A stretch of DNA of 41,914 nucleotides from Candidatus Brocadiia bacterium (lineage in GTDB: Bacteria; Planctomycetota; Brocadiia; SM23-32): NCBI GenBank assembly GCA_046538485.1, contig JBKHIT010000043.1:1-41914 (forward strand). The letters run 5' to 3'. The notes beneath the pieces are model-generated. The model searched no databases and was not told where the DNA came from. It saw only the letters and a list, made by a program, of their open reading frames with translations. Below are positions 10,201 to 18,702 of this stretch, one piece after another. Both the position numbers and the translations under genes were made by a program. How positions within the stretch are numbered: the first letter of the stretch is position 1; every line of letters starts with the position of its first letter.

Positions 10201-13200
10201 AGCCTCTTTGATCGGGGATTTTTTGCTCCCCAACTTACCCAGAAAGACGCCCAGAATGCCTATAAATGGCAGATGGAGCTTTTTCTGGATGGAGAGGGCG
10301 TATCGCACACAATCGCTGACGTCACCGGCAACGTGTGGAAACTGGCGTGCCATCCTGCCTACCGCAAACAGCGGATTAACCGGTTTGGCTCGTTGTATAT
10401 GGTCAGTGCCCATGGCAAAGAAGGTCGCCCAAAAAATATGCGGCAGTTCATGACAGGGCTTTACGCGCGCATGCCCGGAGACGGCATCGGACCGGAAACG
10501 AAAGTTGAGAATCGGGCGTCTCCATTCAAGGGAGGCGACAAATTCAGGATATACCGCTGGGGTCTGCTGCGCGCTCCACGCGATGGAACCTATCATTTCT
10601 GGGGTCATGCCGATGACTGGGTCGGTTTGAGTATTGATGGCCGACAATACAATTTTCCGGCTCGTGGGGGAAATTTTCACGCTGCCGTGCCGTTGACCCG
10701 GGGACTGCATATGTGCCAGATCGCCTACATCGATTTCGGTGGGGGCTATCACATGCGTCTCGACTGGCGCCCCCCGACGGAGTCGGATCGCGTGCCTCGA
10801 AAACGGATGCGTGCCGGGGCTCAATTGTTTTCGCCGGAGTACTTCCCGCTGATCCTCAGCGAGTCGGCGGCCTTCAACGGTGCGTGGGGGCTGAAACAGT
10901 GGGAATCCTATGTGAAAAAGTTCCCCGATGACCGGCGCGGGCATATGATGTTAGCTGAGCTCAAAACTCTGGCCGATCCCAAAGCCGGGGCAACCGAAAT
11001 GCTCGGTATGAGAAAGAAATATCCGAGTAATCCCCATTTCCGCGAACGGTGCGCCGACTGCCTCTGGCGGTCGGGACAGAAAGGAAGAGCGCTCGAGGAG
11101 TACGAAAATCTGGCCGCTGGGAATCACCGTGCTGTCTGGAAACGCAGCTACAATGCTCTGTATCGCTCCGTGTTCCTCGGTGGTAAAACCCCTGTGGGCT
11201 TTGATGAACAGCTGGCGGATCGTGTCCGGGCGGCGGATAGCTGGGGCACGTGGCAAAAGAAGGTGAGCAGTGAAGGACATTGGCCGGCCACTGACGGTCT
11301 TCGAGCCCGGAACTCAGCCGCCGGACATCTTCGCACGTTGGAGCGGCGTGCCACTGAGATGGAAGAGAGTGTTAGTTTTGTGAAGACGGCCATCAGTAAA
11401 GAAAAAGCCCAGCTGGCATCGGCCGAAAAACTGGCAAACAAAAAAGAGGCGAAAAAGAAGGTCCGCGCGCAGGCCCGGCGGGCCGTGGGGCGTTCGCAGG
11501 ACCGATTGGAAATGCTGAATCGGGAGCTCTCTGTTGCCCAAACAACCGCCAAAAACGCGCGGAAAAGAGCCACCGCGTTTCGCAAAGAACTGGGAATTGC
11601 CGAGGATGCGGGACCCGAAGAATTTTATCTCGATTTTGCTGAAAAGGTTGTCAGCGAAAAAAGCGCCAATCCCGATGCCGTCTACCATATCGCGCAGGAT
11701 CTCTGGGATTTGAAACGAAAGGCCGATGCACGACGATTCCTCAAGTATGTCATCCATTATTCGCCCCATCGCCACCACATCGACTGGTGTGCGGACCGAT
11801 TGGTGGAGCTGGCGACGGACGGAGAGAATGTGGCCGAAGCGGTGGAAGTGCTGTCGAATCTGGGATGGCGGAATCCCAGAGATAAACATCATGCCAACTG
11901 GCTCAAACGGGCCTGTGAAATGGCCCGAGAGGCCGGGGAGGTCTATGAGTACGCTCGTAACGCCCGGGTTTTGGCCCGATTGCATCCAAAAAACAACGAT
12001 CTCAACGAGTATGTCGATAGGATGGGAGAGGTTTTTGAAAAAGCGGGGAACTATGTAAGTGCGGAACACGAATATCGACGGGTTATCCGCCATACGCGAG
12101 ACCGATCCCGCCAGCGCACGGCGCGTTTGTCTCTGGCGGAACTCTATCAAAAACGCAATCGGCCCCGAGAGGCCCTTGAGACGCTTTCAAAATTGGTCGA
12201 TATCACAATACCCGACGACGGCAAAGGCCGCAGACGGGAAAGACGAAATGTTCTCCCTGATGGCGGGGGAGTCAAGAAGAACGAACAAAAAGAGGAAGAT
12301 GCTGATGCTCTCCTGCTGGCAGCCCGCTGTTATCTCGACTTGGAGAAAAAGCATCTTGCTCTGGAAGCTTATGATCGGGCGGCTGCTCAGAAGACGTTCG
12401 GGAAAAAGGTAAAACCCGAGCGCGATCTGTTAATCGACCTGGCGAAAGCCTGCCTGCAGACCCGCCGAGTGATGGAAAGTGAGGGGAAGAAGGGGGATAT
12501 GGGCGAACATGAGGCGGTCCCGCCGGTGATACTGGAGCAGGCCCGAAAATCTCTCGCACTGATCGACACTCTGTTCCGATTTTACGCCGATAAAATGGAT
12601 CCGTACCAGAAGACGCGGGCCACTCTCGTGCGAGCGGATGCCAATATCATGATGCGCAATTACCCCCGCGCAATCGAAGAAATCCGGAAAGCTAAAAAGG
12701 AAGCCGGTGATTCCCCGGCGCGGTATCTGGCCGACCTTAAAATGGGTGAGGTCCATCTCGCTACGGATAACGACCGGGAAGCGTTGCGCGTGTTCAAAAA
12801 ACTCGCCGAACTGAACCGCAAGAAAGTCTCGCCGCTTGCGCTGTTCTGGCTGGGTACGACCCGGCTCAAGATGAACGAACGGGAGAAGGCCATTGAAGCG
12901 TTCCGAATCCTGTGGGAACGATATGCGGATAACGACCTCGTGCGGGAGGCGGTTTACGCCATCGCCCAAACCTATGCCAAACAGGGCGCTTTCCTCGATG
13001 CGATTCGCCTTTATGAAGCTGTTGGGGCGATTAATTCGGCTCCGCGAAAAAAAGTTGTGCCCGGAGAAGTCTTGACCGTCAAAGTGTGGGACGCCGATCA
13101 CTATTTGGGAACGGGTCAGTACACTATCCCCGTCAACGTCCAGGCGGCTTCAGGGGATGTGGAGTCGATGAAACTCGAGATGAACAAGATCAACCACTCC

Positions 13201-16200
13201 CTGTTCCTCGGCACAATTCGTACCGAACTCGGGGAACCTAACCCCAACGATAGGATCCTGCAGGTGTACGGAACCGACGTCATTTATGTAACCTACCAGG
13301 ACAAGTTTAAAGGTTTCACGGAGGGTGACGATTTGACGGCGGAAGACATTAAGGGCGAACGTAGCACCAGCCTGATCCAGGTCGTGCAGGATGCAGAATT
13401 GAAGGTCTCTCCGCGCGCGTTTGTCGAACGCGAAGAGGAAGCGGAAGACGAGATGTACCGTCAGAAGACCGAGGACGAGCTACGGGAGGAGAAACGGCTC
13501 CGGCAGCTCAGTGCCAGACTTCAGCGTGGAAAAGCGGTGGTGCGACCCGGAAACGCCGTGTATCTCAGGCTCCGAGACGGCGACCTGGACTCAAGCGGAA
13601 AGAAAGACCGCGCGAAGGTAAGAGTCTTTACTTATTCGCCCGGGCAGAAACGCTCTGAGAAGCGGCGACAGCGGGAACTTGCCCGGGCCATGAAAAACCC
13701 GATGGATATGCCCATCCGGCGGGATATTCCGTCCAACGGGTCCTTCTCCCACCACCGAACCGCCGCACCACCCCCGAACAATCGCCCGCGACTCGATTCG
13801 GTTGAGGTGTTTGTCGAAGAGATCGGTGCCCATGAAGGTATTTTCTACGGAACGGTTCAGACTGCCGTCAACGGTCCAACCGCTGTGGCATCCGACCATT
13901 CGGGCGAGCGGGTGGCGGCTTACGCAATCGATGGTGAGGGCGGAGCGGATGATGCCTGGATGGGATTCATCGATGGAAAACCCGATAAATGGATCGAAAT
14001 CGACCTGAAAGAACTCCATTACGTTAGCAAAATTACCTGGGATCGTGGAGAAGGCGCCGATGACAGGTATATGATCGATTACACCGTGAGTATGCGCGGA
14101 GAAGGCCCCCCGAAAAAGATCGAGAAGGAAGGCAACAAGTCGGCCCACGACAACGAAATTGCCCTCGAAAAACCCGTCCGATGCCGATGGATACGCTTCA
14201 CCGCTCACAAATACGAAGGGGATGCCCCGGCGATCAGCCACATCGAAATAGTCGGTTCCCGCGAAAAAGATGCCGAAACCAGAAAAGTCGTTCCCCCCGA
14301 AGTCTCACCGCTCGAACGGGCGCGAAACGATGTGCTGGAGTTCAACGTCGGCGATTGCATGGCCGCTGAAGTCGTGGATGACGAGAACCTCGACCCCGGC
14401 CACTCCGTTACTCGCCAGTCCAATCCATTGGGAGTGGCCTATGTCGACGGGCACATTGACGCCGTCCACCTTTCCTACGACGAAAACCGGGTGCGGGGCA
14501 GTGTCCTGACATATCTGGACCGGGAGAAACGACGGAAGCCCGTTTATTCCCGCCGAACCAAACGTGTTAAACCCGACGAAGTTCTTCAAATCGCCATTAT
14601 GGATCCCGACCTGGATGTCGATGATCGGAAGAACAAAGCGACGTGCGAAGTCTATAGCACAAGTGGAGATAAAGCTACGCTCGAGGCCAAAGAGATCGCT
14701 CCAACTGCCGCTGTGTTCGTGACCCGGATCCAGCTCTCCACCGATCAATCCGCTCAGGAGTCCGATATGCGGCTCTGGGTGCGTTCCGGCGACTATATCA
14801 TGCTCCGATACCGGGATGAGCAGAACCGGCATCCCGGACACGCCATCTATCGGGAGAGTTTCGTTTTCGCGGCCGATGACGAAGTCGCTCGTTTCCCTGA
14901 CGACCAGCTTGAAATCCGTGCACCGAAGGCCGGGGGGGAAAGTATCGAACCGCCGAACTGGACCTTTGCGCTTGTCGATCCCGACCGGGCGCTGCCGGGC
15001 ATCGATCGTGTGGAAATGGAAGCTCTGTCGTTTGCGACCAGGGATCACGCGCGATTCAATCTGTTATTGCGCGACCTGGACGGACTTTTCACAAGCAAGG
15101 TGCCGGTGCAGATTGCCGATAAACCTCACGTTCAGTTGCCCGAAGACGCGGACCCGACGAAACCCCGGAGAATTTACGCTCTTGACGAGGCATGGGGCTA
15201 CAGAAACCAGCGCCGAAGATCCGAAAATGAACAGAACGTGTTTCGAATACCGTTCTCTGTTCTGGGCGACGATATAGTATATCTGCGTTACACCGACCCG
15301 GAGGCAAAGGAGGCGGCGGGACGACAGTTTGTGTCCCTTGTCCAACCGCGTGTGCTGGACCGACTTCACAAACTCGGTGTGAATGTGCGCGAATTGCCTG
15401 AAGCCGCGGCCCAGGAAGGTATCACCGTCACCCTTCGCGATCCAGACGCCGCCTTGAAAAAGGCGCGACAGGAAAGATTGCAGAAGATCAAACGGGAGAT
15501 CGCCGCCAAGAAAATACAGTACCGCACGATGCTCCAGGATTATGAATCGACGCTGGAACGTATCGGAAAACGCATCGATGATTTGACGGAGCAGAAGAGC
15601 GGGAAAGAGGAAGATACTGAGGAGACGACTGAAACCCCGAAAGAAGTTATGCCGGAAGATGCCCCTCTGACGGCCACCGAAAGCGGCGGGGAAGATCTGG
15701 CCGCAGGCGGGTTATCGGCCACTGAAAACCTCATTCTCGCTGCTGCACTGCGACGCGACCGTGACGGTTTGACGGAAGGAATGCGGGCATTGAAGCGACG
15801 CCTTGATGCTCTGGGCAAATACGAGACCGCTGAAATTGAAGCCCAAATTAAAGAAGAACGGGAAGCGGTCCGACAAAAGGCAAAAGAAGAGGGCAAAACC
15901 GAAGAGAAAGAAAAATCCGGCGAAAAACCGGCCCCGTGGTACACGCTATCCGATTGGTGGAAGAACTGCGGAGGCCTCGTGCCGGGAACCACCCTCAACA
16001 TCCGCGTTGAAGACCCCCATCTCCAGGGCGAGAGCGCGAAAGTCCTTGTGTCAGTGCTCGGCGGACAATTGCCCCGGTACCGCACATATACCGCTGAGCA
16101 GGTGGACGGTAAAGTGGGTGTCTTTGAGGTCTCGGTGCCGACAACCGAAGGCGGTGGGGGCGAAAAAGCACTCAACCTCAAAGGGGCTGAGAATATCCTG

Positions 16201-17454
16201 CTCACATACAAGGATGATATGCAGACGGAGTTTACGAAACAACGGGTCAGTTACCTGTCGCTGGCCTCCGATGCGACCCTTCAGATTACGGGAGCGGATT
16301 TCCTCGACCAGAAGGAAAAATACCATCTCGGGGAAGACGTTTTCATCCTCATTCGGGACGCCGACATGGACAAAACCAGTTCCCGGGATTACGTCTGGGT
16401 GGAGGTGGAGTCCGGAAAGGGCGACCGCGAACTGCTGGCGGTTCGAGAAAGCCAGCCCCACAGCGGTGTGTTTCGGGGTGATATCGGGACCCGGTTCGGA
16501 AAGCCAGTTGAGAATGACGGAACCCTCTGCGCCGCTTTTGGCGGAAGTTTCAGCGTTCGTTATGAAGACCAACTGTGGCGCGGCGAGGGACCTGTCCCCC
16601 CAGAACTCAAAGCTACGGGCCATTTCGTCAAAGGCAGCAAAGGTACCGTTGAAATTTTTGCCCGCCAGCTCAAACGCGGCAAACTACAGCGGGATGTCCT
16701 GTTTAATACAGCCCTTGCGGAATACGAACTCGGTAAAAGTTCCACGGAGATGGGAGCCGTGCAACGCGGCGAGATGCACCTCACCGAAAGCCGTGACCAG
16801 TTCAATCTCTTGATCGAACAGTACCCGGATGATCCCGTCTGCGCCCATGCTACCTACTACCTCGGCAATATCTACTTCCTGCTCGGGGATTATCCTGCAG
16901 CGGTTCAGAGTCTCCAGCGGGTAATCGACCGCTGGCCGGACAGCAAGTTCAAAGCGAAATCGCTTTACAAATTGGGGACATGTCACCTGAAAGCCGGCAA
17001 ACGCGATAAAGCGATAGAGGCGTTCGTGAACCTTGCCTACCACCATAGCGAAAGCCCGCTGGTGGCGGAAGCTATGCTGACACTGGCCCAGCATTTCAGC
17101 AAAGAAAAACTGTACCATCAGGCGATCGGTATCGGTCAGGCCTTCATCCGAAAGTTCCCGGCTCACGAAAAAACGGGGAGTATATATCTGCGGTTGGCCG
17201 GTTGGTTGATTATGAAAGAACGGCTTCAGCATGCAGCGGCCGTTCTGGAGGACGCCGAAAAAGAACTGCCAGAATCCAAATATATGCCGGCCTATCTCTA
17301 CTGGCATGCAGACTGTCTCTTCAAGATCCACGGGAGCCGGAGCACCGAATACAAAAAAGGAATCATCCTCCTCAAGCGCATCACATACGATTACCCCGAC
17401 TCCAAGTGGGCGAAATACGCCAAAGCCCGTCTGGCTGAAGTCGACGTCGATTGA
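7264..17454 (+). CDS. Giant 3396-aa membrane-anchored multidomain TPR protein with two PA14-like modules, an F5/8 type C-like module, about six DxDxD beta-sandwich repeats and coiled coils
   Basis: Uninterrupted 10.2-kb ORF with an N-terminal hydrophobic helix and many xxYPxSxxxxxA TPR units. GSDDGVAVWFNG module (~7975-8415); APRDGTYHFWGHADD module (~10543-10777); AYAIDG..W..KWIEIDLKELHYVSKITW..CRWIRFT discoidin-like module (~13879-14253). Confidence 0.85.
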   Translation: MRYSMKTKNGRVQAAALSRRKLVASVVLQVAFVAAIAAGLVLVKTAKPQEKLPKEAKSEKILEEFKHIRGFAAAGQHGEAARALREFVAKYPDWERVSEATVLLGKELVLAGDVSSGKQSLQRFVQKNPSAPLVPTAHFYVGKAQEALGDFPGAVLSYDVVVSRFPDHKRAPEAALSEALIAGRVLGNNRRARRVYEDFTTKYPKHPRIAAVQNHLAVMAEKGKGRAGGPTSAFMQKWQIATPFPNAKGKGLLKTYPPEQGVDLDAAYVGAGNEKVRWHRLPEKAKKTNGYVDLQAGFKINENVCAYAYHTFQSPEQRDGTLYIGSDDGVAVWFNGKKILTRNVTRGAEPDQEQIPVHLEKGQNSILLKISQGKGGWGFYCRLDYEFGWGPTAAVALYRDYAEKHPDDVGDPVLNGDRAGAAAAMWRAAELTQNKLHDSEAAVNLYKKYEALPRSKSGEGYYRAARLLWQEKDDSAAEMFEAALKAQPNNLNWRYEYARWLKDKKKNNAAQKQLSYVVRKTENDKQLDQTIKMMGAENVRKYLDENPGDYVVFRRYLSWYRGGEKRDEGRKILDTWLKRSEIDWKTQIAREWFEWTKELKDCRRLIGAAEAEGHIQETARASLQATDKLIHARMFGEAAKELEKSLKKWGQYPDFPRQEFARRVLRIASSEPLMVPNPEKKKEKKTDGEKADTDGDENEAKKLPDKIVSEKGKAARKKAIKLLREHGLDRTAGGADALARLSRELNEDDAAEVTKQAAVALIEAGKFGQAVGHVEFLLKNAPHTDETVDVLYEAGRRGHKPWGKHWKSTVLPTAQKELKHFEKAKKQTEATRLARVKLLRLFDPKKSISAHDEFLKHHRGSQQSVWVARHRFWEINRSKKDVADAITASIQKVEKNPDIALHIPIQLVPAGRKGHGALADALAKVLKQVKGEKWAQLALQVARLDKQQNRMADCMRWVERIIARQPQSRESVEAKKLGISLFDRGFFAPQLTQKDAQNAYKWQMELFLDGEGVSHTIADVTGNVWKLACHPAYRKQRINRFGSLYMVSAHGKEGRPKNMRQFMTGLYARMPGDGIGPETKVENRASPFKGGDKFRIYRWGLLRAPRDGTYHFWGHADDWVGLSIDGRQYNFPARGGNFHAAVPLTRGLHMCQIAYIDFGGGYHMRLDWRPPTESDRVPRKRMRAGAQLFSPEYFPLILSESAAFNGAWGLKQWESYVKKFPDDRRGHMMLAELKTLADPKAGATEMLGMRKKYPSNPHFRERCADCLWRSGQKGRALEEYENLAAGNHRAVWKRSYNALYRSVFLGGKTPVGFDEQLADRVRAADSWGTWQKKVSSEGHWPATDGLRARNSAAGHLRTLERRATEMEESVSFVKTAISKEKAQLASAEKLANKKEAKKKVRAQARRAVGRSQDRLEMLNRELSVAQTTAKNARKRATAFRKELGIAEDAGPEEFYLDFAEKVVSEKSANPDAVYHIAQDLWDLKRKADARRFLKYVIHYSPHRHHIDWCADRLVELATDGENVAEAVEVLSNLGWRNPRDKHHANWLKRACEMAREAGEVYEYARNARVLARLHPKNNDLNEYVDRMGEVFEKAGNYVSAEHEYRRVIRHTRDRSRQRTARLSLAELYQKRNRPREALETLSKLVDITIPDDGKGRRRERRNVLPDGGGVKKNEQKEEDADALLLAARCYLDLEKKHLALEAYDRAAAQKTFGKKVKPERDLLIDLAKACLQTRRVMESEGKKGDMGEHEAVPPVILEQARKSLALIDTLFRFYADKMDPYQKTRATLVRADANIMMRNYPRAIEEIRKAKKEAGDSPARYLADLKMGEVHLATDNDREALRVFKKLAELNRKKVSPLALFWLGTTRLKMNEREKAIEAFRILWERYADNDLVREAVYAIAQTYAKQGAFLDAIRLYEAVGAINSAPRKKVVPGEVLTVKVWDADHYLGTGQYTIPVNVQAASGDVESMKLEMNKINHSLFLGTIRTELGEPNPNDRILQVYGTDVIYVTYQDKFKGFTEGDDLTAEDIKGERSTSLIQVVQDAELKVSPRAFVEREEEAEDEMYRQKTEDELREEKRLRQLSARLQRGKAVVRPGNAVYLRLRDGDLDSSGKKDRAKVRVFTYSPGQKRSEKRRQRELARAMKNPMDMPIRRDIPSNGSFSHHRTAAPPPNNRPRLDSVEVFVEEIGAHEGIFYGTVQTAVNGPTAVASDHSGERVAAYAIDGEGGADDAWMGFIDGKPDKWIEIDLKELHYVSKITWDRGEGADDRYMIDYTVSMRGEGPPKKIEKEGNKSAHDNEIALEKPVRCRWIRFTAHKYEGDAPAISHIEIVGSREKDAETRKVVPPEVSPLERARNDVLEFNVGDCMAAEVVDDENLDPGHSVTRQSNPLGVAYVDGHIDAVHLSYDENRVRGSVLTYLDREKRRKPVYSRRTKRVKPDEVLQIAIMDPDLDVDDRKNKATCEVYSTSGDKATLEAKEIAPTAAVFVTRIQLSTDQSAQESDMRLWVRSGDYIMLRYRDEQNRHPGHAIYRESFVFAADDEVARFPDDQLEIRAPKAGGESIEPPNWTFALVDPDRALPGIDRVEMEALSFATRDHARFNLLLRDLDGLFTSKVPVQIADKPHVQLPEDADPTKPRRIYALDEAWGYRNQRRRSENEQNVFRIPFSVLGDDIVYLRYTDPEAKEAAGRQFVSLVQPRVLDRLHKLGVNVRELPEAAAQEGITVTLRDPDAALKKARQERLQKIKREIAAKKIQYRTMLQDYESTLERIGKRIDDLTEQKSGKEEDTEETTETPKEVMPEDAPLTATESGGEDLAAGGLSATENLILAAALRRDRDGLTEGMRALKRRLDALGKYETAEIEAQIKEEREAVRQKAKEEGKTEEKEKSGEKPAPWYTLSDWWKNCGGLVPGTTLNIRVEDPHLQGESAKVLVSVLGGQLPRYRTYTAEQVDGKVGVFEVSVPTTEGGGGEKALNLKGAENILLTYKDDMQTEFTKQRVSYLSLASDATLQITGADFLDQKEKYHLGEDVFILIRDADMDKTSSRDYVWVEVESGKGDRELLAVRESQPHSGVFRGDIGTRFGKPVENDGTLCAAFGGSFSVRYEDQLWRGEGPVPPELKATGHFVKGSKGTVEIFARQLKRGKLQRDVLFNTALAEYELGKSSTEMGAVQRGEMHLTESRDQFNLLIEQYPDDPVCAHATYYLGNIYFLLGDYPAAVQSLQRVIDRWPDSKFKAKSLYKLGTCHLKAGKRDKAIEAFVNLAYHHSESPLVAEAMLTLAQHFSKEKLYHQAIGIGQAFIRKFPAHEKTGSIYLRLAGWLIMKERLQHAAAVLEDAEKELPESKYMPAYLYWHADCLFKIHGSRSTEYKKGIILLKRITYDYPDSKWAKYAKARLAEVDVD

Positions 17455-17456
17455 CC

Positions 17457-18692
17457 ATGAGCGAGAAAAACCTCCTCCAGTATGTCCGGCGCCATCTGCG
17501 GAAACTTTCCGAGAGGATGCGGAAGCTGTGCCAGCCCGCGGGGGACAAAATCCTTGCCGCCACCGAGCCCCTGAGAACGTGGCTGAAGGCAAAATGGCGC
17601 ATTTGTTCCGATAAGGTGACGGGCTGGATGAACCTGCGGGGGCCGAAGCTGAGCCAGCTGAACCAGCGGGTTCAGTTTAACCGTGAACGCTCGAAACGGT
17701 CTTTCTACGTTTCCATTTCGGTTCACGTAGCCGTTATCCTTGTCAGCCTGTTGATGACGTTTCTAAGCGCCAGAGGATGTCTTTACGAGGTGCCGGCGGG
17801 TGTTCCCCAGGGCAAGGGCAATGAACTGACCAAAGGGAAGGTCGAGCCGATTCGGGCGCCCAAAGTTGTCCGCCGGCGGCGGAGGGTCAGAAAATCACCG
17901 GTCCAGGTCTTTGAAATGCTGGAGGAAGTCGAACAGGAACAAGAACAGGACACGGCCAAGAATTTCTCGGACAACGTCGGCGTGCCGGGCGGGGTGGGGC
18001 AGGGCGCGGCGGCCGCCGGATCCCCGCATGGCACAAAAGTCGGTGGGAAATTGCATTTCTACCGGGTGAAATTTCGCGGGCGTGGGTGGAAAGCGAACTG
18101 GAAAGGCGCCAAACCGCTGATGAAAGAAGTCCTTCAGGCAAACGTTGTCAAAGAGGTCGCGGGGTTCAATAACGTCGTCTCCCTGGAAAAGCTCCCCAAG
18201 CATAGCGGCAAATATCTGCCGAATCTGCTGTACATGACAGGCACCGGGAAGATCCATGCCAACCGCCAGGAAATCGAGAACATGCGCAATTACTTGCTCG
18301 CGGGCGGGATGCTTTTTGCGGATAACAGCGGGGGAAATTTCCACCGGCATGTCGTGCGCTTCATGCGACGCGTCTTCCCCCACAGGAAATTCAAAGTCAT
18401 CGAATATGATCACGAAATTTACCGCGGGGGGACCATGCCGTATGCTATGGTGCGCGGTTGCCCGATCTACCGGGCCCACCGGGGACACGGCCCGGCGCTG
18501 GGAATCTGGGTGGGACCCAGACTCTCGGTTTTCTACAGCCGGGGGGACCTCGGCTCAGCATGGGCGACCGCGGGGATTTTCAAAGCCCGCAAACGCAAAG
18601 TGGAACGAGCATTCCGAATGGGGGTTAATATCGTCACGTACAGCTTGGTATACTATAAATATGGTGTGGACCAGAACACTGAAAATGAATGA
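17457..18692 (+). CDS. DUF4159-domain protein with TonB-like transmembrane anchor
   Basis: TM SFYVSISVHVAVILVSLL, then a Gly-rich linker. C-terminal LLYMTG...EIENMRNYLLAGGMLFADN...DHEIY...DLGSAW...AFRMGVNIVTY matches DUF4159 as I recall it. Confidence 0.8.
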   Translation: MSEKNLLQYVRRHLRKLSERMRKLCQPAGDKILAATEPLRTWLKAKWRICSDKVTGWMNLRGPKLSQLNQRVQFNRERSKRSFYVSISVHVAVILVSLLMTFLSARGCLYEVPAGVPQGKGNELTKGKVEPIRAPKVVRRRRRVRKSPVQVFEMLEEVEQEQEQDTAKNFSDNVGVPGGVGQGAAAAGSPHGTKVGGKLHFYRVKFRGRGWKANWKGAKPLMKEVLQANVVKEVAGFNNVVSLEKLPKHSGKYLPNLLYMTGTGKIHANRQEIENMRNYLLAGGMLFADNSGGNFHRHVVRFMRRVFPHRKFKVIEYDHEIYRGGTMPYAMVRGCPIYRAHRGHGPALGIWVGPRLSVFYSRGDLGSAWATAGIFKARKRKVERAFRMGVNIVTYSLVYYKYGVDQNTENE

Positions 18693-18702
18693 GGTGCCGA
18701 TT

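Noticed and set aside
18256..18702. N-terminal extension of the 737-aa ORF
   Set aside because: It overlaps the DUF4159 gene in another frame. The RBS and signal peptide point to a start at 18703 (or 18685).
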